From positions 1 to 32,000 of the forward strand of contig LWRO01000040.1 of the NCBI GenBank assembly GCA_001657325.1: a stretch of 32,000 nt of DNA, given 5' to 3'. Below the pieces are notes generated by a model. It was not told the origin of the DNA, searched no databases, and saw nothing but the letters and a program-made list of their open reading frames with translations. This DNA is from Geitlerinema sp. BBD 1991-9. GTDB lineage: Bacteria; Cyanobacteriota; Cyanobacteriia; Cyanobacteriales; Geitlerinemataceae. Numbering within the stretch: the stretch's first letter is position 1; each line of letters opens with the position of its first letter. This document shows, piece after piece, positions 25,709-32,000 of this stretch. The position numbers were made by a program, and so were the translations under genes.

Positions 25709-28078
25709 TTACTCCTTTTTTCGATTTGACTTACGATTCAAATACTCGAGCCAAGTTGCGATCGCTCGAAAATAGGGCGCGTTGTAAGGACTCTTTAGAG
25801 ACGTTCGCACGGGGCGAAACCCTTCAGCGTCTCGAACTCGAGCGGGTAATCGTGCTAGGGTATAGGCTACTCGAGGGAGGTGCAGAAAGTAACGTAAGTC
25901 TTTTTTGAACTCATCTGATTTATCTTTAGCATCCTCGATCGCCTTGTCTTGAAGTTTTGCCGTCAGAAGAAGGTTGCGAATGAAACTCCTCAAATAGTCC
26001 GGAATCGACTCTGAGTTTTCAGGATTGTGTAATGCTCGAACAAAAGGTAAAACTCCTATTAATTCTGGCATGGTTTCGGGTTGCAAGTATTCTCGCTCTC
26101 CGATTTTATCTTCAGATATTGTCCCCAGCCATTCACTCCACTTAAATACACAGCCAAACGCCCCGAAACTATCGCGTCCATTTGCTTTGGCTTTGTCTTC
26201 GGCTTCTCCAGAAAGATCGGCGGCTTGATACAAGGGAAATTTCGCAGCTGTCATCGCCACACCACCCGACAAACTAATGTCTGGATTGTTCCCAGTATAG
26301 CACCGAAAACTTTGATAAACATCAAATGCAAACTCGATAATTTCGTTCCAAGTCCCACTAATAAATAAGTCGTCACCTCCAGCATAGATAAAGAGAAGAT
26401 TTTGGCGAACGTCGTCGGTTAATTGTTTACAGGTTTTAGGTAAATTTTCCTGTCGATGTTCTGCTAAATTGTTGAGATAGACCTTAAAGTAATAGGTCAT
26501 TTGGCGCGACAAACCTGCAATTCGTGCTAAGTTTTGTCGATCGCCTAAGCCTTTGGCAAAAATTTGCCCCAATTTATCGACATCCATCCGTAAATACCCA
26601 ACTCGCGGAATTCCATGAGCTTGGTCAACCATTTCGTGAGCCGATATAGTTGTAGTTATTTCCTTTTTGATAACTTCTTGTTTTGCATTGTCTTGTGCGC
26701 CACTTTCTGACGGGTTACTTTTCTGTGAGTAATTTCCCAGAAAAAGTGGAATAGTTAAATTGTAAGTGTACGAAGAGATAGACCAGTTGTTGATTAAAAA
26801 GCATATCTCATCATCTTCAAGGTGGAGGTTGCCGGGTTTGTCTTTGAGCAAGTAGTATTTTATATCTTGGAATTTCAAAAACTTCACTTCTTCTTTTTCT
26901 TCTGAAAAACTCAAAGAAGAAGACAATGGAATTTCATCGCGCTTCGATCGCACGATCGCTTTCACCCTCAAAAGCTGTCCGCCGAGTCGAAACATTCGAC
27001 GGCACGTCCCACAAGCCAAACTCGCGCCGGGTTCGTCTTCTTTCAAGGGTTTCAGATTGGGATCGTCATCCCGATGGCAGACTTTACAAGGTTCGTAGGT
27101 ATCTTGAACGCTTAAAACTTCTTCGAGCAAAGAATCAAACTTTTTCGATTTTTGCTTGGCAAGTCCTTTAACTGCATTACTCCAAGATTCTGCAAACTTT
27201 TGACTCTGAATGTCTGTCGTTTGAAATTCATGAGAATCCAATGCGAGAAACACCTTTGACTGAAATTGTTTTAGTAAGTCTTGATTGAGTGCATCTCGAA
27301 CTTGCTTGACTTTTTCTTTAACAGATTGAGTGTCAGGAGCCAGTAAATAGAGATTGCCACCGCCTGCGTAAATGATACTCGTTCGCGGAAGTTCCAAGGC
27401 TTCAAGCAGTCGTTGAACGACTTCTTCTGTAATTAACTCGAGATAGAAACTTCTCGCTCGTAAAGATTTCAACGCACCATCCGAAGAAATGGTATAGATA
27501 AAGTTTTGAATCCCCGATAAATCTCCAGCTACAAGTCTGAGATTTTCTGCTGTAGGATTTTTGGCTAAGGCTGAGGCAACCGCAGCAGTCGATCGAGCCA
27601 TATCGACTAAGGCAACATCAGACTGGGCAAAACTGACGAACGAGCCGAATTTTTCGATAAGAAGTCCGAGTAGCGGCAGCTTATCTAAGTTTTCTGGTTT
27701 TAGGTTTTTAAATGCACCACGAATTTCTTCTTTCAGTTGCTCGAAATTGGGGTCTGCCGGTTTTTCGTTCTGGGGATAGGGAACTTTCGGTTTCTCGTCG
27801 GCGATCGCTCTCGGATGCCAATAGTGATTCTCCCTGTTGTTGGTGGAGTCTTTTTTCAAAGAAATTCGATCGAACAGTACCTCTAAATGTCCAATTTCAG
27901 CGTCTTTTCCCCAATCCAGTAGAGACTTTGCCTCGTCGATGGCGTTGTTATTAGAGGATTCCTGGGGCTTCCATCCCTCGGGAAGCGAGGCTTCCGCCCA
28001 TTTTGCTAACTCCATAATCGCCTGTTGCAACACACAGCGGGCGACTTGATGCGCCGGATTTTGTAAAACGTCTGTCAT
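25709..28078 (-). CDS. cas10: Type III-A CRISPR-associated protein Cas10/Csm1
   Basis: 789 aa; LRLVAGDLSGIQNFIYTISSDGALKSLRARSFYLE, zinc finger CKVCHRDDD...CGTCRR, YLRMDVDKLGQIFAKGL, LLFIYAGGDDLFISG (GGDD). Confidence 0.96.
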   Translation of the reverse strand: MTDVLQNPAHQVARCVLQQAIMELAKWAEASLPEGWKPQESSNNNAIDEAKSLLDWGKDAEIGHLEVLFDRISLKKDSTNNRENHYWHPRAIADEKPKVPYPQNEKPADPNFEQLKEEIRGAFKNLKPENLDKLPLLGLLIEKFGSFVSFAQSDVALVDMARSTAAVASALAKNPTAENLRLVAGDLSGIQNFIYTISSDGALKSLRARSFYLELITEEVVQRLLEALELPRTSIIYAGGGNLYLLAPDTQSVKEKVKQVRDALNQDLLKQFQSKVFLALDSHEFQTTDIQSQKFAESWSNAVKGLAKQKSKKFDSLLEEVLSVQDTYEPCKVCHRDDDPNLKPLKEDEPGASLACGTCRRMFRLGGQLLRVKAIVRSKRDEIPLSSSLSFSEEKEEVKFLKFQDIKYYLLKDKPGNLHLEDDEICFLINNWSISSYTYNLTIPLFLGNYSQKSNPSESGAQDNAKQEVIKKEITTTISAHEMVDQAHGIPRVGYLRMDVDKLGQIFAKGLGDRQNLARIAGLSRQMTYYFKVYLNNLAEHRQENLPKTCKQLTDDVRQNLLFIYAGGDDLFISGTWNEIIEFAFDVYQSFRCYTGNNPDISLSGGVAMTAAKFPLYQAADLSGEAEDKAKANGRDSFGAFGCVFKWSEWLGTISEDKIGEREYLQPETMPELIGVLPFVRALHNPENSESIPDYLRSFIRNLLLTAKLQDKAIEDAKDKSDEFKKDLRYFLHLPRVAYTLARLPARVRDAEGFRPVRTSLKSPYNAPYFRAIATWLEYLNRKSNRKKE

Positions 28079-28644
28079 ATCGATAACCTTTCTCGTTTAG
28101 GCGAAACAAACCATCGCCTCAGAATTAATTAAGCGCAAAACGTTGTATCGCTTCCTCAGATCGATCTCAGACGATCGCACCAAAGCGATAAGCTTCAGAA
28201 AATTTTAACCAGTCCAGGCAGTACAACGAAGTCGATCGAGCTTCGAGGTGGGTCGTGTCGAAAAAATTATGCCTGACTGTATTTCGATTAAGATATCAAA
28301 TTTTCAAAACTGAAAACGTGATATTTTGGATTTTTTTAGATTTGTTCGCGAAATTTCGCGAAAATGTAACGTTTTTAAACACTTTGCGACATTCCTTGAC
28401 GTAAAATCAGATTCGATCGAATCCTTAACATCGATCGATAAGTTGTCCCTATTGTACAACTCTCACGGAAGAAGCAGCTTCCAATACCAACTCACGTCCT
28501 TTCCTTCACAATTCCAAAACGATCGTCGCAAATCCAGATATTTCTCATACCCTCACCTCCTAGTCAAAGCCCACAAAATGGCGCTAAAGTGAAATGGCGT
28601 AGTCGTTTCGACCGATCGATACTGTTGGGGGCCATCTCGTTTAT

Positions 28645-29628
28645 ATGAAGTTCCATATCCAAACCGATAGCGATATTCCCGCCTCAAACCAACTGTTCAA
28701 CCAAATCCGTTTCGCCATCGCTTCGCGCCAGTTTCCACCTGGACATCGGCTTCCCAGCACGCGACAACTTGCGATGCAAACGGGACTACACCGCAACACG
28801 ATCAGTAAGGTGTACCGTCAACTCGAAGAGATTGGTTTAGTCGAAGCTCAAGCGGGTTCGGGAATTTACGTGCGCGCGCAAGGACACGAAGGTGGCGGAA
28901 CTTACGTCAGTTCGCCCGTCTTAGCTCAATATCCCGAAGCCCATGCAACCATCAAAAGCAGCTTGGATGAATTACTCAAACAAGGCTGCTCTCTCAACGA
29001 AGCGCGAGAACTCTTTCTCGGCGAAATTGACTGGCGACTTCGCTGTAGCGCCCGCGTCTTAGTCACCGCACCCTTGCAAGATATCGGTGTGGGTGAGTTG
29101 ATGGCGCAAGAGCTCGAACAAGCCCTGCAAATTCCCGTGCAACTCGTCCCGATGGAAGAATTGTCGGACACCCTGGATAAAGCACATTCGGGAACCGTCG
29201 TCACGAGTCGCTACTTCATCGGAGACGCAGAAGCCATCGCCGCGCCCAAATCCGTTCGCGTCATTCCCATCGATATCTACGACTACGCCAAAGAAACCGA
29301 ACTCGTCAAAGAATTGCCCAAAGATAGTTGCTTGGGATTGATCAGTATCAGTTCCGGCTTGTTACGGGCGGCGGAAGTCATCGTTCACAGCTTGCGTGGC
29401 GACGATTTACTCGTCATTACAACCCAGTTAGGAAATACCTACAAGCTCAATGCAACCGTGCGAAGTGCGCGAACCATAATTTGCGATCGAACGAGTCTAG
29501 ATGCAGTCAAAGCGGCCGTTCAAGCGGCTCGAGACGACCTCATTCGACCTCCACAAGTCATCTGCTTTGGCAACTATATCAGCGACGATTCGATCGATCT
29601 CCTCAAGCGAGAGTTGGGATTAGATTAG
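28645..29628 (+). CDS. plmA: GntR family transcriptional regulator, PlmA-like
   Basis: MKFHIQTDSDIPASNQLFNQIRFAIASRQFPPGHRLPSTRQLAMQTGLHRNTISKVYRQLEEIGLVEAQAGSGIYV wHTH, followed by an effector domain as in cyanobacterial PlmA. Confidence 0.85.
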   Translation: MKFHIQTDSDIPASNQLFNQIRFAIASRQFPPGHRLPSTRQLAMQTGLHRNTISKVYRQLEEIGLVEAQAGSGIYVRAQGHEGGGTYVSSPVLAQYPEAHATIKSSLDELLKQGCSLNEARELFLGEIDWRLRCSARVLVTAPLQDIGVGELMAQELEQALQIPVQLVPMEELSDTLDKAHSGTVVTSRYFIGDAEAIAAPKSVRVIPIDIYDYAKETELVKELPKDSCLGLISISSGLLRAAEVIVHSLRGDDLLVITTQLGNTYKLNATVRSARTIICDRTSLDAVKAAVQAARDDLIRPPQVICFGNYISDDSIDLLKRELGLD

Positions 29629-30146
29629 CAATCGAAGTAATTACCTTTTGTTTAAATATGCTGTGACGAGCATTAAAAAAAACAAATTTCATAGCGATTT
29701 TCGATAACTTTACAAAAGCGATTTCTTGTCTTCCATTCGTTGAGGTGAGAGATCGCTTTTTTCGGGATATTCAGCATTGCGCGAACTGCTTTAGGATAGT
29801 TTAAGTTCTATCTGTTAAAACCCTTAAATCTTTAAGATATAAGGGTTTTGGCGATCGATCGACAAACGAAACCAAGCTTGCCTAAAAAGACAATAGCATA
29901 TTCAAAAGCCGATCTAAACGATTTCAGAAGTTCGCGATCCAGAGGTCAAACAAACTATTTTATAGTCCCTTAATTCTCGATTACCTGTAACTCAAAAAAA
30001 TCAACAATAATCCAAAAATATTCTTTTATTAACCCTTTTTTAAACATAAGATACGAGCCTCTTAATTCTTTTGTGAGAATCTTCTGAGGGCGACTTCTAT
30101 GCAGAACGAACCATTGTGGTACACGTGAGGGGTAAAACAAAACGTT

Positions 30147-32000
30147 ATGGCCATCGAACTCAACCCAATTGGTACTTTCCGAACGGGAATTATTGACGAA
30201 AGTGCGGCAGAAATTGTCGCCCACGATCCGACAACCCAACGTCTGTTCGTCGTGAATGCGAACAACGCTTCGATCGACGTTCTCGACATCAGTACACCGA
30301 CGAATCCTACAAAACTCTTTGAAATTGATGCCACGACGCTCGGCGCTGGAGCAAACAGCGTTGCCGTCTCAAACGGCATCGTTGCAGTTGCAATCGAAAA
30401 CCAGGACACCCAAGCACCGGGACTCGTCGCCTTCTACGACGTAAACGGCACGTTGCTCAATAGCGTGACTGTCGGCGCACTCCCCGACATGGTGACCTTC
30501 ACCCCCGACGGAACGAGAGTCCTCGTTGCCAACGAAGGCGAACCCAACGACGAGTACACGATCGATCCTGAAGGCTCCGTCAGCATTATCGACATCACCG
30601 CAGGCGTGCAAAACGCCACCGTCCTCACCGCTGACTTTCAAGGCTTCAACAGTCGAGCCGAAGAACTCCGAGCCAAAGGCGTTCGCATCTTCGGGCCAAA
30701 CGCCACTGTTGCCCAAGACTTAGAACCCGAATATATCGCCGTTTCCCCAAGTGGTGGCAAAGCCTTCGTCAGTTTGCAAGAAAACAACGCCTTTGCCGCG
30801 ATCGACATTGCCAGCGCCACCGTTGAAGATATCCTACCCTTGGGCTTCAAAGACCACAGCCGAGGCAACCCCACCCTTCAGCAATTTAACTTTCCCACCC
30901 TGCCGCCCCTCGGCACGACACCGGGCGGCCAACAAATCCTTCTCGGTGGCTTGTCAGGTCTGTGGTACACCGGAACTAGCGCAGAAGGCAACCTGCAATT
31001 CGTCGCCGTCCCCGATCGAGGCCCCAACGGCGAACCCACTGACGTAGACGGCGACGGCGCAAACGAGCGACCCTTCGTTTTACCAGACTATCAAGCTCGC
31101 GTCGTCAACTTCGAGTTGAATCCCACCACCGGAAGCATTAACCTCACCGGTGAAATTCCCCTATTCCGACAAGACGGCACGACCCCCATCACCGGACTGC
31201 CCAACATTCCCGGTGTAGACGAAGAACCCGTCGATTTGCTGGGAAATCTCCTCGAATACGATCCCCTCGGTGCTGACCTCGAAGGCGTTCTCATCGCGCC
31301 AGACGGCACGTTCTGGATGGTGGACGAATACCGCCCTGCTATTTGGCACTTCCAAGCAGACGGTACGCTGATCGATCGATTCATTCCCCAAGGTACAACT
31401 GAACTCGCCGGAGAAAACGCCGGCCCCTTCGGCACCGAAACCCTTCCCGCCGAATACAGCAACCGCCGACGTAACCGAGGCTTTGAAGCGATCGCCCTCG
31501 ACAGCGATTCCGGCATTCTCTACGCCTTCATTCAAACCCCCATCGCCAATCCCGATCGAGCAGCCTCCGACAGCTCTCAAGTCATCCGTATTCTGGGAAT
31601 CGACCCCACCTCGGGCAACCCCGTCGCTGAATACGTCTACCTTCTCGAAGACTCCGACTTCCGTTCCGGTGGACGAGTCGATAAAATCGGCGATGCCGTC
31701 TACGCTGGAAATGGTAAATTCTTCGCCATCGAACGCGATGCAGCCACCGATCCGACCGCGAAAAAATTCATCTACGAGTTCGACTTAACTGGAGCAACCA
31801 ACCTTCTCGCAGCTGGTGCGCCTCAAGTTCCCGAAGGTCAAACCCTCGAACAACTGACCACCGACGAACTCATCGGCTTGGGCATTCAACCCGTTAATAA
31901 AACCAAAGTCACCAACCTACCCTCGATCGGCTATTTAGCAGGAGACAAACCCGAAGGTTTAACCCTGTTACCCGACGGACGCTTAGCCGTTCTCAACGAC
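30147..32000 (+). CDS. Esterase-like/phytase-like, choice-of-anchor I family protein (3' end beyond window)
   Basis: Continuous frame from ATG 30147 to the window end: MAIELNPIGTFRTGIIDESAAEIVAHDPTTQRLFVVNANNASIDVLDIS...FVAVPDRGPNGEPTD...GVLIAPDGTFWMVDEYRPAIWHF. Absent from the ORF track, probably because no stop lies inside the window. Confidence 0.85.
   Translation, partial: MAIELNPIGTFRTGIIDESAAEIVAHDPTTQRLFVVNANNASIDVLDISTPTNPTKLFEIDATTLGAGANSVAVSNGIVAVAIENQDTQAPGLVAFYDVNGTLLNSVTVGALPDMVTFTPDGTRVLVANEGEPNDEYTIDPEGSVSIIDITAGVQNATVLTADFQGFNSRAEELRAKGVRIFGPNATVAQDLEPEYIAVSPSGGKAFVSLQENNAFAAIDIASATVEDILPLGFKDHSRGNPTLQQFNFPTLPPLGTTPGGQQILLGGLSGLWYTGTSAEGNLQFVAVPDRGPNGEPTDVDGDGANERPFVLPDYQARVVNFELNPTTGSINLTGEIPLFRQDGTTPITGLPNIPGVDEEPVDLLGNLLEYDPLGADLEGVLIAPDGTFWMVDEYRPAIWHFQADGTLIDRFIPQGTTELAGENAGPFGTETLPAEYSNRRRNRGFEAIALDSDSGILYAFIQTPIANPDRAASDSSQVIRILGIDPTSGNPVAEYVYLLEDSDFRSGGRVDKIGDAVYAGNGKFFAIERDAATDPTAKKFIYEFDLTGATNLLAAGAPQVPEGQTLEQLTTDELIGLGIQPVNKTKVTNLPSIGYLAGDKPEGLTLLPDGRLAVLND

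Noticed and set aside
18216-29628. Possible CRISPR array near the type III-A genes
   Set aside because: I saw no regularly spaced 28-37-bp direct repeats in the intergenic regions (19536-19731, 20896-21004, 28079-28644, 17245-18215, 29629-30146), so none is reported.
31091-31580. Antisense ORFs of 139-141 aa at the right end
   Set aside because: They lie opposite a strong continuous sense reading frame (30147-32000) and have no independent coding signature.

Overview
Cyanobacterial-type sequence, rich in CGATCG/HIP1-like palindromes. The left 16 kb is mixed chromosomal content: an RTX-like repeat protein, an SDR oxidoreductase with an apparent 5' frameshift, a solute-binding lipoprotein overlapping a sensor histidine kinase, a four-carbon acid sugar kinase family protein, a beta-helix protein, a META-domain protein, a solitary m5C DNA methyltransferase, a carboxymuconolactone decarboxylase-like protein and a decayed IS200/IS605-type tnpB element. 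It continues with DUF2237, GNAT, cobU and Uma2 remnants. The main system is a minus-strand type III-A CRISPR effector operon at about 18.2-28.1 kb: cas10/csm1, csm2, csm3, csm4, csm5 and cas6. Two CARF-type ancillary genes follow it. One is a divergent Card1/Can2-like protein with a PD-(D/E)XK-like C-terminus, and the other is a TIGR02710-like CARF protein with an RNxxxxxH (HEPN-like) motif. Cas10 keeps GGDD but lacks a recognisable HD dyad. No CRISPR array or cas1/cas2 is visible in the window. The right end has a PlmA-like GntR regulator and a large phytase-like/choice-of-anchor protein that runs off the window and is missing from the ORF track. Product calls rest on remembered family motifs; no database search was run.
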